A DNA stretch of 64,000 nt, taken from positions 1-64,000 of IMG/VR virus record IMGVR_UViG_3300032285_001268; one strand, written 5' to 3'. A program made the translations under genes and the position numbers. Of the stretch, positions 10,405 to 19,761 are shown one piece after another. The stretch comes from a virus. Numbering within the stretch: position 1 is the stretch's first letter; each line of letters begins with the position of its first letter. The notes under the pieces are model-generated. The model saw only the letters and a program-made list of their open reading frames with translations, made no database searches and was not told the DNA's origin.

Positions 10405-10825
10405 ACCAACCTATACGTTTGCCCTGTGCTTTACGTTCATCATATTCTTCTGCGGTTTTAGGATAGGCCATTGCCCACCATGCAACAATGGCCATGAATA
10501 TACCTGTGCCTACCACTGCTTTCCAATTGTGTGTAGTGAACCACATGATGATTAGGCTACAGTCCATAGTAAGGATCATTAGCCAACGTGCCTTAACTGG
10601 GAACACACGTTTTTCTGTCCATCCTCGGAGGAAAGGACCAAAAATCTTATGATTCATTAGCCAGTTGTGCATGCGATCTGAACCACGAGCAAAACAGTAG
10701 GCCGCACCTACTGTAGGAGTACTCCATGGTATGCCGGGAGTAATTAGTCCTATATAGGCTACACCTAGGAGTATTACTCCCAAGGTGCACCATAGTATTT
10801 TCTTTATTGGATGAATTGTAGCCAT
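10397..10825 (-). CDS. ybaN: YbaN/DUF454 family membrane protein
   Basis: GLITPGIPWSTPT...AAYCFARGSDRMHNWLMNHKIFGP matches the family pattern. Confidence 0.75.
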   Translation of the reverse strand: MATIHPIKKILWCTLGVILLGVAYIGLITPGIPWSTPTVGAAYCFARGSDRMHNWLMNHKIFGPFLRGWTEKRVFPVKARWLMILTMDCSLIIMWFTTHNWKAVVGTGIFMAIVAWWAMAYPKTAEEYDERKAQGKRIGWFG

Positions 10826-11319
10826 TCTTTGTACCTTACGTCTATGCCCTGCTTCTTACGCTTATTTACAAGATCGTAGAAATCAGGCTTGTAAGGTTTG
10901 ATCTTTGGCTTCCAACCTTTGGTGCTGTCACTCTTGCTGGCATTACATGGTGCGCAGGCAGTTGTACAGTTTTCCCAGGTACTCTTACCACCCTTTGATA
11001 CAGGCAGTACGTGGTCCAGTGTTGCTTCCCTGCGTTCGACCTTTTCGCCGCAATATTGGCATTCACAGTTGTCTCTTAGGTATACGTTAGATCTACTGAA
11101 ACGAACGGCAGTTTTTGGTTTCATGTAGTCACGTAACATCATAACACTAGGAACTTGTGTTTCCCAACGGGCTGAATGTACTATCCAGTTGTCGTGATAG
11201 AGTAAAACATCGGCCTTGTCTAAGACCATGTATTTGATTGAGTCTTCCCAAGTTAGGGTGCTCAATGGCATGTAGCTAACAGGCAAGCCATCAGCGTTTA
11301 GCAGTAAAGTTGCTGCCAT
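10804..11319 (-). CDS. HNH endonuclease
   Basis: RDNCECQYCG...TLDHVLPVSKGGKSTWENCTTACAPCNASK. Confidence 0.9.
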   Translation of the reverse strand: MAATLLLNADGLPVSYMPLSTLTWEDSIKYMVLDKADVLLYHDNWIVHSARWETQVPSVMMLRDYMKPKTAVRFSRSNVYLRDNCECQYCGEKVERREATLDHVLPVSKGGKSTWENCTTACAPCNASKSDSTKGWKPKIKPYKPDFYDLVNKRKKQGIDVRYKEWLQFIQ

Positions 11320-11388
11320 TTTGATTACCTCTTTCGATTGTGTTACAGACCCAACCTATGAAGTATATATTATACACTCAATTAATAT

Positions 11389-11937
11389 TTATGCTAATAT
11401 ACTTTGAGCAAATTCTAAACCAGATCGATCTAGGGCATTGCACCATTGATCAGCATTGTCAGTTCCAAAAACCAACTCTGGATCGCTATTAGCCAAGCAC
11501 CAACTAGTAGCTGTTTGCCACGGAGGATCACCCCGTATTTCTCCCATCAGTTGTCCAGGACCCCAACCACAAACACCTAAAAACAATCTCCAGAACTCTG
11601 GTTTATCACCACTGGCTAATCTAGGTAAAATGTCTTCGTCCGAACTGATGCTAAACTTATCACTGATCTGCATAGTGTTACTACTTTGCCAATCATTAGT
11701 GTGTAAGAAGCTTAGATTTTTTGTGTTGAGAGGACCGCCTACATAAACGAAACCGGGACTATCGATCGCATAGCCTAGTTGTGCGCCAAACTCACTTACG
11801 CTCATTTGACTACGTTTGTTTAGAACTAATCCCATGCTTCCTTGCAGATGATGTTCTGTAATTATTATTACAGTCTTATGCCAGAAATTAGTTTTAACTG
11901 CGGGGGGTGCTATTATTAAATTACCTGTTATTTCCAT
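11389..11937 (-). CDS. yqgE: YqgE/AlgH (DUF179) family protein
   Basis: LIIAPP...FWHKTVIII..H..QGSMGLVLNK, GGP, RLFLGVCGWGPGQL..E. Confidence 0.85.
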   Translation of the reverse strand: MEITGNLIIAPPAVKTNFWHKTVIIITEHHLQGSMGLVLNKRSQMSVSEFGAQLGYAIDSPGFVYVGGPLNTKNLSFLHTNDWQSSNTMQISDKFSISSDEDILPRLASGDKPEFWRLFLGVCGWGPGQLMGEIRGDPPWQTATSWCLANSDPELVFGTDNADQWCNALDRSGLEFAQSILA

Positions 11938-11948
11938 GCAGGTATTTA

Positions 11949-12656
11949 TTAGGCAAAGCGAGCCACTCGATTTTTTACATCGCCTACGGTTATCTTACCG
12001 TCACGGTTAACATCGAGTCCTGCATTCTGAGCATATACTTTTCCACTGAATCCAGGAGCATCTTTTTGTCCTAAGACTGTGTGATCAGGATATCCAACAT
12101 ACTTAGGCATAAAGGTTGCCATGTACAAGTCGCCTGCTGATCCGTCTCCCACACCTGTGTACTTGTAAAATTTATAAACGTAGTCTAGTTGTTGAACTGC
12201 ATCCATCTGACGTAGTTCATCTGTAGTTGTTCCTAACATTCTAGCAGTGTCTGGCATAAACTGTATCAGTCCCGAAGCACCACCAGTCTTGTTTTGTGCG
12301 GCTGGATTAACTCCAGATTCTGCTTTCATAACAGCCAACATTGCATTAGAAGTTGTGCCAAGCTGTTGTGCAATCTTTTCTAGTTTCTTTTTAAAGTCTG
12401 GATCTTGTATTGTTGATACATCAACTTTTTGTGCATCAACTGAATTAGGACGGGCTAGTACATCTTTATACTTGTTAGCAATCTCTGGAAACTTTTCAGC
12501 GGCTCTACGTGTATAAGGACCTAGTCTTCCGTCAAGTCCGTCACCATTAGGTCCAAATGTACCCAAGTCAGCGCCTTTGGCTTTTAATTCTTTTTGCATT
12601 GTAAGTACTTGTTGGTCAAATGCTTCGTTGATTATTTTAAATTCGTAAAATCTCAT
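11949..12656 (-). CDS. lytic transglycosylase / lysozyme-like protein with N-terminal peptidoglycan-binding domain
   Basis: DGLDGRLGPYT (PG-binding), MKAESG..P.AQN..GGASGLIQFMPDTA (SLT motif), EF-hand-like DVNRDGKIT. Confidence 0.85.
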   Translation of the reverse strand: MRFYEFKIINEAFDQQVLTMQKELKAKGADLGTFGPNGDGLDGRLGPYTRRAAEKFPEIANKYKDVLARPNSVDAQKVDVSTIQDPDFKKKLEKIAQQLGTTSNAMLAVMKAESGVNPAAQNKTGGASGLIQFMPDTARMLGTTTDELRQMDAVQQLDYVYKFYKYTGVGDGSAGDLYMATFMPKYVGYPDHTVLGQKDAPGFSGKVYAQNAGLDVNRDGKITVGDVKNRVARFA

Positions 12657-12666
12657 AATTATCTTC

Positions 12667-13281
12667 TTATGCGCTTGTTGGATCTGTTAGTCTACCGGCC
12701 ACATACTTTTCCCAGTGTAGGTGTGGTCCTGTTGAGTAGCCTGTAGATCCTACTAGGCCTACTGTTTGTCCAGAACTAACCTTATCGCCTTTGCTTGCAT
12801 GTATCTGCGACAAATGTAAGAATCTATGTGCAACTCCATTGCCGTCTACTTGTAACCAATTACCTCTAGTGTTGTCGCTACCGACTGCACTTACTACTCC
12901 GCTGATTGGACTCTTAACTGGTGTTCCTGTTACAGCCGCAATGTCTAATCCTGGATGTGGTCCTAATGATGTCGGTGCACCAAACTTAGTTGTAATTCTA
13001 CCGTTAACTGGCATTGATCCGTCACCGTGGTCAACATAACCAATCTCTTGATTGTATTTTTGTACTGCTTGTGGATTTGGTTTAGGTGCATCTTTAGGGC
13101 TTAGTCCCTTGGCATAGGCATCCATTGCTGTTTGAGTATACGGTCCAACAATACCATCTACACCGTCGCCTTTAGGACCGTATGGACCTAGGTCATAGCC
13201 TAGATCTCTTAGTTTTTCTTGTGTCTTTACAACTTCAGGATCACTAACTGCTTCTAGTAAGGTAAACTCTCTAGCTCTCAT
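12667..13281 (-). CDS. M23 family peptidase with N-terminal peptidoglycan-binding domain
   Basis: HPGLDIA (HxxxD), FLHLS, GSTGYSTGPHLHWE (HxH); DGVDGIVGPYT. Confidence 0.9.
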   Translation of the reverse strand: MRAREFTLLEAVSDPEVVKTQEKLRDLGYDLGPYGPKGDGVDGIVGPYTQTAMDAYAKGLSPKDAPKPNPQAVQKYNQEIGYVDHGDGSMPVNGRITTKFGAPTSLGPHPGLDIAAVTGTPVKSPISGVVSAVGSDNTRGNWLQVDGNGVAHRFLHLSQIHASKGDKVSSGQTVGLVGSTGYSTGPHLHWEKYVAGRLTDPTSA

Positions 13282-13282
13282 A

Positions 13283-13978
13283 TTAGCTCCAGTCAGGTAA
13301 TGGGCCGCCGTACTTCTTGCCCTTAATCTTGTGTCCGCCTACCTTAACACGACTCTTAGGACTCTTACCAAGTTTGTGTGATTTCTTGCCATCGCGAGCA
13401 CGTAGGCCTTGTGACTTGCATGATGCTAGATTACTTGCACCTAATTCATCGTCAGGTCTGTTACCCAAACACAATGCTCTAGATGCTTTGCCATGCTCGG
13501 CTAAACTACCACCGCAGTTTTCACAAAATTTCTCATCAGTTGATTCGCCAAGTTTCTTAACAATCTTGTATGGATGCCATTCGTGAGGTCCTCGATCATC
13601 AGGTTCAATATGTACACCTTTTTCACCAATTCGTGTAACAAACCCGCTACGATATTGATGTCCGCCTGGATAGTTCTTTTCCTTACGTACATCAGCAACC
13701 ACACGGTCGCCTACTTGCAAATTAGTCTGTGGAGGTGGGCGATCTGGACGTTTAGCTTCAGTAACATGCTTGGCATGTTCTGCATCTAATTCGTGTGGTT
13801 TTAATAATTCAATATGACTAATATCCCATCCTGTTGCCTTGTGCAACTGACGTACTTTATTTTGATGATCTGTAAACGATTTTACAGGCTCGTGGCCGCG
13901 GGCTGGTCGTGAACCAGGTCGAGCATCGCGTTTTGGGGTTACGCCTAGTGCGGCTTCTAAAATTTCTATTGCTTTCAT
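13283..13978 (-). CDS. hypothetical modular protein (SH3-like segment, CxxC, basic C-terminus)
   Basis: ORF track; VGDRVVA...GFVTRIG...VHIE and FCENCG. Confidence 0.55.
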   Translation of the reverse strand: MKAIEILEAALGVTPKRDARPGSRPARGHEPVKSFTDHQNKVRQLHKATGWDISHIELLKPHELDAEHAKHVTEAKRPDRPPPQTNLQVGDRVVADVRKEKNYPGGHQYRSGFVTRIGEKGVHIEPDDRGPHEWHPYKIVKKLGESTDEKFCENCGGSLAEHGKASRALCLGNRPDDELGASNLASCKSQGLRARDGKKSHKLGKSPKSRVKVGGHKIKGKKYGGPLPDWS

Positions 13979-13997
13979 GGTTATGTATTTATTATTC

Positions 13998-14813
13998 CTA
14001 CTGCGCTAGGAATTCAAATACATTAAGCCATTTACGTTTGCCAATAGTTTCTTTTAAATGCGTTAAATCTGCCTTTGTAGCGTGTCTAAAGCGGTTTAGT
14101 TCAGCTGTAGGGATCGGCTCAAACTCTATCTTTACCCCTTCTTGTTCAGCTATTTCCTCCGCTATATCTAAAAAGCTGTGTGCTAGTCCTGATCCGCAGT
14201 TCCAGATCCCGGACCCATTAACTGTTTTAATAAAATCAATATGAAGACGACAAACATCGCCAACCCAAGTCCAATCACGCCTAACATTTTCTGCATTCTC
14301 CCATACTGTTATCTTACCTTCCTTGCGAGCTTGTGTGCGCCATTTTTGTATAGCATTAGCTCGTTTACCACGCAAGTGCATCCATTTTCCATATACATTA
14401 AAGTAACGGAATCCTTGTACATAAACTTTAATATCTTGTTTAAAAACCCAACGATCAAACAAATACTTGCTCCAGGCATAAGGAGTCTGTGGGTGACAAG
14501 GTGCATACTCACTAAAATCTTTAGTGTCACCGTAGACTGAACTAGAACTAGCATATTGTAAATGTACACCGTGTGTATTACATTCGTTGAATAGCCATTG
14601 GCTAAATTCTAGATTCTGTTGCATGATCTTATCGACATCTTGTTCAGTCATGTCGGCAACAGCACCTAAATGGATTACCCAATCATATGCTACTATATCT
14701 GGTCGTTCGGTTGGGTGCCACTCGTATCCATCTACTTCCCAACCTTCAGCGGCTAGCCACGAAGTCATATTACGGCCAATGAATCCTTCGTGACCCGTTA
14801 CAAGGATCTTCAT
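13998..14813 (-). CDS. NAD-dependent epimerase, ADP-L-glycero-D-manno-heptose 6-epimerase-like
   Basis: ILVTGHEGFIG, YASSSSVYG, YAWSK (YxxxK), FRYFNVYG, RRDWTWVGD, T.ADLT.L. Confidence 0.85.
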   Translation of the reverse strand: MKILVTGHEGFIGRNMTSWLAAEGWEVDGYEWHPTERPDIVAYDWVIHLGAVADMTEQDVDKIMQQNLEFSQWLFNECNTHGVHLQYASSSSVYGDTKDFSEYAPCHPQTPYAWSKYLFDRWVFKQDIKVYVQGFRYFNVYGKWMHLRGKRANAIQKWRTQARKEGKITVWENAENVRRDWTWVGDVCRLHIDFIKTVNGSGIWNCGSGLAHSFLDIAEEIAEQEGVKIEFEPIPTAELNRFRHATKADLTHLKETIGKRKWLNVFEFLAQ

Positions 14814-14821
14814 GCAAATAT

Positions 14822-15166
14822 TTACTCAGGTAGAGCTTGTTGGAAATTCCATTCTGGAGCAATTAACTTTAGTCGAAAGTGTCTTTCTTGGATTAGACTT
14901 TCAACATATTCTATTAACTGTGACATTGGTACAGTATCATTTAACCATTCTGTTTTCCAATCATCAACGATCCAAATGTTATCTATATACTGTGTTTTAA
15001 TTGTACGCTCAAGGGCTTTGGCATGTGCTCTTAGTCCGCCGTATATTCGCATGTTAACAATACCGCCCATGTGTGAGCAGTATTGTTTATTGCGTTCGGG
15101 AGGAGTTTGCATAATGCCAAACCCTGGACGACCAAAAGGACTTTGTATTAGATAAAGATAGTACAT
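14822..15166 (-). CDS. GIY-YIG / T5orf172-like nuclease-domain protein
   Basis: YYLYLIQ...GFGIM..P.ER...Y...ALERTIK pattern. Confidence 0.5.
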   Translation of the reverse strand: MYYLYLIQSPFGRPGFGIMQTPPERNKQYCSHMGGIVNMRIYGGLRAHAKALERTIKTQYIDNIWIVDDWKTEWLNDTVPMSQLIEYVESLIQERHFRLKLIAPEWNFQQALPE

Positions 15167-16296
15167 TAGTCTGCCATAGATAAGATATCTTCATCGAAGA
15201 ACTCGATGAGGCCATCAAACTGATCAAGCAGGGTAGGTGCAACCTTTTCCTTACCGCCAAAGTGCTGATACAGTTGGATTAAGGCGCAGGCATACGCATC
15301 ATCATCCCAGTTGGCTTGATAACCGTAACGCTTTTCTGTCCAACGGCGATGTGCTTCTGTAACTGACTCTTGGAACTGCGACAAATTCATAAAGCAACTC
15401 TGTACCATTGCGGCTAATTCTTCTTTTAGCTTAGGGCTAATTTTAATTTTAGCACTGTCAAACTGACGGCATAGGTCTCGGAAAATAAAGTAAAGACTAA
15501 CGTGAACGCTTTCGTAATGAAAGTACTGATCGTGCCAGCTACATGCTTCTTCAAGTTCATTATTAGTAAGTGTTTTGAATGTGGCAATGTTAGTAAATGT
15601 ACCTGGATATTTGGCCAAGTCGCTGTCTGCTTCGACTGGAAAACAATTATGTTTTTCAGCAATGCTGACTTTCTTTTCAAGAGCTACGTCATCTTCATCT
15701 GTTTTATCTTTGTCAATACGCACAATGAATACAGAGTTACGAAGTTGTTGGTATGCTGATTGTTTCTTTTTACCTTTGCCGTTTAGGATACCAAATGCAC
15801 GACGGGCATAGGCGAGGTTGTCTGTTTCAATGTAGGTAAATGGATACTTAAAAGTTTTCCAATCAGTGTGTCCGGGCATAAGTCCGGCATCGATTAGTGC
15901 GGCAATGGTGCTGACAGTGTGTTGTGTGTCAATACTAATGAACTTGCCTTTGCTTGTTTTAATACAAACTACAGGTTGAAGTAGTGCTGGATCAAATACT
16001 AAGGGATTGGCAATAGTATTAGCACAATGTTTTTCATCTAAGGCACGTTGGATATCTTCATCAATGTCTAAGATACCAAGTTCTTCCATAGATACTTTTG
16101 GCAATCGTGTAAGATCAAAAGCCTTGTCCATTGCCGCCCAAAGTTTAGTGGTCTTTTTCCAAGCGGCACTCTTATTAAGAGTATCTACTCGATCTTGTAG
16201 ACTAACAACTTTACCGGATCCACGCTTAAGAGGATTAATCTTAACCATTGGATTGGGTTTTTTAGTTACGTTTTCGTACTTAAATTTAAAAGTCAT
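15166..16296 (-). CDS. ParB-like / DGQHR-type domain protein
   Basis: DIDEDIQRALDEKH...FDPALLQPVVC...SIDTQHT (DGQH-like); later AF..LNG.GKK. Confidence 0.55.
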   Translation of the reverse strand: MTFKFKYENVTKKPNPMVKINPLKRGSGKVVSLQDRVDTLNKSAAWKKTTKLWAAMDKAFDLTRLPKVSMEELGILDIDEDIQRALDEKHCANTIANPLVFDPALLQPVVCIKTSKGKFISIDTQHTVSTIAALIDAGLMPGHTDWKTFKYPFTYIETDNLAYARRAFGILNGKGKKKQSAYQQLRNSVFIVRIDKDKTDEDDVALEKKVSIAEKHNCFPVEADSDLAKYPGTFTNIATFKTLTNNELEEACSWHDQYFHYESVHVSLYFIFRDLCRQFDSAKIKISPKLKEELAAMVQSCFMNLSQFQESVTEAHRRWTEKRYGYQANWDDDAYACALIQLYQHFGGKEKVAPTLLDQFDGLIEFFDEDILSMAD

Positions 16297-16326
16297 TTAA
16301 TTGCCTTAGTTTGTTACAATAACTAA

Positions 16327-16355
16327 ATTATACAACCAAATGACTTACAAGTCAA
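16327..16355 (-). promoter_or_regulatory. sigma70-type promoter
   Basis: TTGACT-17 bp-TATAAT on the minus strand upstream of 16296. Confidence 0.8.
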
Positions 16356-16577
16356 CTATCGTTCGTCAGGTAATTTGGTAAATCTTGCCAAAAATGCTTC
16401 TAGTCTACAGGTGTATTCGTTGCCTGCTTGATTAACATATCGAGCCCAAGGATCAGGTTCCTCGTTAGGGTTCCAAACGGCTACTATGGTAAACTCTTCT
16501 TGGCTGTTGGCGCCCTGCCATCTTGAGCCCACTTTAGGTAATACATTACTACGGTCTTCACTTGTGAATGTTGTCAT
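16356..16577 (-). CDS. hypothetical protein
   Basis: ORF track; overlapping start/stop with neighbour. Confidence 0.55.
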   Translation of the reverse strand: MTTFTSEDRSNVLPKVGSRWQGANSQEEFTIVAVWNPNEEPDPWARYVNQAGNEYTCRLEAFLARFTKLPDER

Positions 16578-16795
16578 ATCATGTTTCCTGGATCTGCTTG
16601 TTCAATTTCGTCTAACTTCTCCCACACAAACTTTAATAGGTCCTTGCCAGTTTGCGGGTCCATTGACTGTAGTAGTGTGACTCGGCTCAACAACATGGCA
16701 GAAACATTGTGAGGTTCAAAATGTTCTTCGTATTTTAAAATTAGTCTGTCTAATTCGTCTATAAAATCTTCTAGTAACTTATCGTCTGCTGGCAT
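16574..16795 (-). CDS. hypothetical protein
   Basis: ORF track; GGA RBS. Confidence 0.55.
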   Translation of the reverse strand: MPADDKLLEDFIDELDRLILKYEEHFEPHNVSAMLLSRVTLLQSMDPQTGKDLLKFVWEKLDEIEQADPGNMI

Positions 16796-16802
16796 ACTTT
16801 CC

Positions 16803-17096
16803 TTAATTTAAAATCATTCTAATCAGTGCTATTGAATCAATTGTGGTCAACAAGACATAGTTAGCCAACATGCCAAATGATTTCCTATCATAAGCGCAGA
16901 AAGCATAAAGCAGGCAACCAGTAATCCAAAAAGGATAAAGTAAGTGTAGGGGAGGATTTGGTACAGTACTTGCCATGCCGATTGAGCAAGCGATACTGAG
17001 AGCCCATGCAGTGACTTCCATACAGAAGCGCCAAGGTTTAGTTTTGAAATCATCACGAATCCAATCTAGTGTGGGTTTAAAAAGTGTATCAATCAT
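16803..17096 (-). CDS. small membrane protein
   Basis: Three hydrophobic segments. Confidence 0.55.
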   Translation of the reverse strand: MIDTLFKPTLDWIRDDFKTKPWRFCMEVTAWALSIACSIGMASTVPNPPLHLLYPFWITGCLLYAFCAYDRKSFGMLANYVLLTTIDSIALIRMILN

Positions 17097-17150
17097 ATAC
17101 TATTTTAGCAAAAAAAATACGGTCAGCCAACTATATTGAATATATACAGA

Positions 17151-17891
17151 ATGAAAATACTTGCTAACGGATGTTCTATGAGTTCTGGATTTGAATGTAC
17201 AGAACCCGGAGTGCAACATCGAAAAGATTTTGAATACTCATGGCCTAATCAATTGGCCGAGTCATTTAATCTTCCAATCGTAAATTTATCTCATGCTGGT
17301 CAAAGCAACAATATGATTTGGGCCAACACCCAAGCAGAGTTACTCAACGGAGATTATGATCCAGAGACTACCTTAGTTGTAATTGGTTGGACCAATTGGA
17401 ATCGACAAGAGTATGTGCATGACGATTTTATAAACTTCTTTAATCCTTGGTGGCAAGACAGTCAAAGCCCTAGAAAACATCAACCCTGCGTACAAAGTGC
17501 ATTTCGAGCATGGGTTGGACGAGATCCTGCTAGTGTTATTAATGATCAAGCAAGACTGCTATATTCTGCACAGACCTGGCTACAGTATCACGGCTATCGA
17601 TATTTTTGGATTAATGCTATGGAAAATCTACAACAACCACAAGCAGATCTAATACTAGATACTCAAAATTACACTCCATGCGATGCAGTATGGAGCAGTC
17701 TACAATTAGATGCAAACTATTTTCAAAGTACTAGTCAATTAACCTGGCTTAAAGAACATTGGCCAAAGAATAAGGTGCGACATCCTCAGATCATGTTTAG
17801 ACAAAATCAACATACCCACTGGGATCAAACTGCACTCAAGGCCTGGGCTGAACACATAAAAGAAAAAGCCCAGACTCAGCTGGGCCTTTAA
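17151..17891 (+). CDS. SGNH/GDSL-hydrolase-like protein
   Basis: ILANGCSMSSG, SWPNQLA...NLSHAGQSNN, VVIGWT, terminal H (THW); ATG at 17151 preferred over TTG at 17136. Confidence 0.65.
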   Translation: MKILANGCSMSSGFECTEPGVQHRKDFEYSWPNQLAESFNLPIVNLSHAGQSNNMIWANTQAELLNGDYDPETTLVVIGWTNWNRQEYVHDDFINFFNPWWQDSQSPRKHQPCVQSAFRAWVGRDPASVINDQARLLYSAQTWLQYHGYRYFWINAMENLQQPQADLILDTQNYTPCDAVWSSLQLDANYFQSTSQLTWLKEHWPKNKVRHPQIMFRQNQHTHWDQTALKAWAEHIKEKAQTQLGL

Positions 17892-17907
17892 TCAAAGCAA
17901 ACTCAAA

Positions 17908-18180
17908 TTAGAGTGTGATGCCCATTGCGGCTGCCTTGTAACCCAAAGCAACGATACGACGGCTTGGACGGCCCATTTCGTATGTAGTAACATTAACACC
18001 GTTACCAGCTTTGTGGCTGTTAGCGTAGACTGCATAACCAGCGGCACGGATGCGGCTTGCTTCTGCTGAGATGTTCTTGATACCGAAACGCTTTTCAGCT
18101 TGTGAAGCTGTTAATTTTTGACCTTCTTTAAGAGCGTTGAATAACTTATAGGTCTTTGTTTCTGGATTGAATAGTTTCAT
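17908..18180 (-). CDS. small winged-HTH-like protein
   Basis: LFNALKEGQKLTASQAEKRFGIKNISAEASRIRAAGY. Confidence 0.55.
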   Translation of the reverse strand: MKLFNPETKTYKLFNALKEGQKLTASQAEKRFGIKNISAEASRIRAAGYAVYANSHKAGNGVNVTTYEMGRPSRRIVALGYKAAAMGITL

Positions 18181-18254
18181 TTGTTTTCCTTATATTATAA
18201 GGCCGATTTACATCAGCTTCATAAAGTATAACAAACTAAGGGTTGTAATACAAA

Positions 18255-18659
18255 TTAATTGGTTGAATTAGATTGAGCTAGTTCGCCAATAAACTTTTTA
18301 CCAGGATAACGCTTTTGGGCACGGGTAATAACATCTTCCATGCTGGCACCTTGAGCAACAAATGTTCCAGCATCTTTGATGTAGGCATAAAATTCAGAAC
18401 CAACTTTTTCAATGCTCAATTTTACAGCATCGGCTTCAGCAGTCCTAGAGTCTTTTATGTTTTTCAAAACATCAAGTGCTTCTTCATCACTGAGATTTTT
18501 AAGTTTACCTGTTAGGTCAAGTGCGGCCTGGATACGCTCAGGATGCTCTTGTATGATGTACAAGAACCATGCCTCGTGCATTTTCCAACCTATTTTGTAC
18601 GAAATGTAAGCCAGTGCAGTTATAAAAATCCACTGATTTTCAGCTAGGAATTCAAGCAT
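18255..18659 (-). CDS. hypothetical protein with N-terminal TM segment
   Basis: ORF track; GGAG RBS; TAAATA upstream. Confidence 0.55.
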   Translation of the reverse strand: MLEFLAENQWIFITALAYISYKIGWKMHEAWFLYIIQEHPERIQAALDLTGKLKNLSDEEALDVLKNIKDSRTAEADAVKLSIEKVGSEFYAYIKDAGTFVAQGASMEDVITRAQKRYPGKKFIGELAQSNSTN

Positions 18660-18680
18660 GATATTTCTCCTACGTTAGAG

Positions 18681-19004
18681 TTATTTAATCAATTCTATAT
18701 TAATAATCTTAGCTACTCTAGTGCCTACATCTTCGCCACTAGGAATAACATACGTTTGGTTCTCGTGAGAATCTTTGCGAGTATCATAACGACGCACATT
18801 AAGAATACGTCCACCCACTGCTGTGCTCAATTCAAATGTAATACGATCTTGCCCTTCGGCTGATCCACGTTCTACCATTGCCATTCCTGTTGCCATTTTA
18901 TTTATTGCCCTTGATTCTTGATAATCTCTGTCTGATTCGTACTTGTATTTGTTTTCCCACATGTCTCTTACTTTGGTGTATAACCAACGATCAAATAACT
19001 TCAT
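18681..19004 (-). CDS. hypothetical protein
   Basis: ORF track; coupled to neighbour. Confidence 0.55.
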   Translation of the reverse strand: MKLFDRWLYTKVRDMWENKYKYESDRDYQESRAINKMATGMAMVERGSAEGQDRITFELSTAVGGRILNVRRYDTRKDSHENQTYVIPSGEDVGTRVAKIINIELIK

Positions 19005-19219
19005 TACTCTACTCCATAGGTTTTTCTGATCACTTCAGAAATTGTTGTTGCTGGCACGTTCATCATAGCATAGGTACTAATCAACGAAGAAATATCATTG
19101 ACCAGTAGCTGACTATAGGTTTCTAACGGAAGCAGATGTATGTCTGCTAGTTCATCTAGCTTGATGCCTGCTTCCTCTGCTAGTTTGGTCAAGTTACTAT
19201 GCATTATAATAGGGATCAC
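19004..19219 (-). CDS. hypothetical protein
   Basis: ORF track; true start may be the internal ATG (MHSNL). Confidence 0.5.
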   Translation of the reverse strand: MIPIIMHSNLTKLAEEAGIKLDELADIHLLPLETYSQLLVNDISSLISTYAMMNVPATTISEVIRKTYGVE

Positions 19220-19667
19220 CGTTTAAATACTTTTCATATTCTTGTCTACGGAAAATTTCTAATTTTTCATAGTAGTTACTGATACCATGCACTTCCTCAA
19301 GTTCATTAACCTGGTCGACTGTGATCTTGTCACCGTCTTCGACGGGAAATTTTTCACAAAACTCTCCGTAAGACATCTTATCAGATGGTACAGCCAAGTG
19401 TGGTGTAAGTCCAGGTATTGCGCCGGCAAACACTGGTTCTGCTGGAACAGATCTAGGTGCAGTACAGCTATCATTCCATAAGTCCTGCGCAGTCTTTTGC
19501 CACTCGGCTAGATCCCTAGCGTTCTTTTGAGACTGTTCCCATTCGGCCTTTTCAGCAAGATAGTCTTCTTGACTCAGAGCATGCCAACCAATACACTTGC
19601 CTGTTGGGCTACGACCACAACCGCATTTACCAAATTCTTCTACGTTTTCTGTTGCTCTAATTTGCAT
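19197..19667 (-). CDS. protein with CDGSH-like iron-sulfur motif
   Basis: CGCGRSPTGKCIGWH resembles C-x-C-x2-S-x3-P-x-C-D-G-S-H. Confidence 0.55.
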   Translation of the reverse strand: MQIRATENVEEFGKCGCGRSPTGKCIGWHALSQEDYLAEKAEWEQSQKNARDLAEWQKTAQDLWNDSCTAPRSVPAEPVFAGAIPGLTPHLAVPSDKMSYGEFCEKFPVEDGDKITVDQVNELEEVHGISNYYEKLEIFRRQEYEKYLNGDPYYNA

Positions 19668-19761
19668 TATTCATCTCCTTTTAAACATTCAATAGCCTTG
19701 AGCACTGCAAACACTACAATAAAGGCCATAGCTATGATAATTATCCCTTCAATAATGACAG

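Noticed and set aside
10804-11319. HNH gene as a mobile homing element
   Set aside because: No interrupted target gene or flanking mobility signature; it resembles a resident short HNH nuclease
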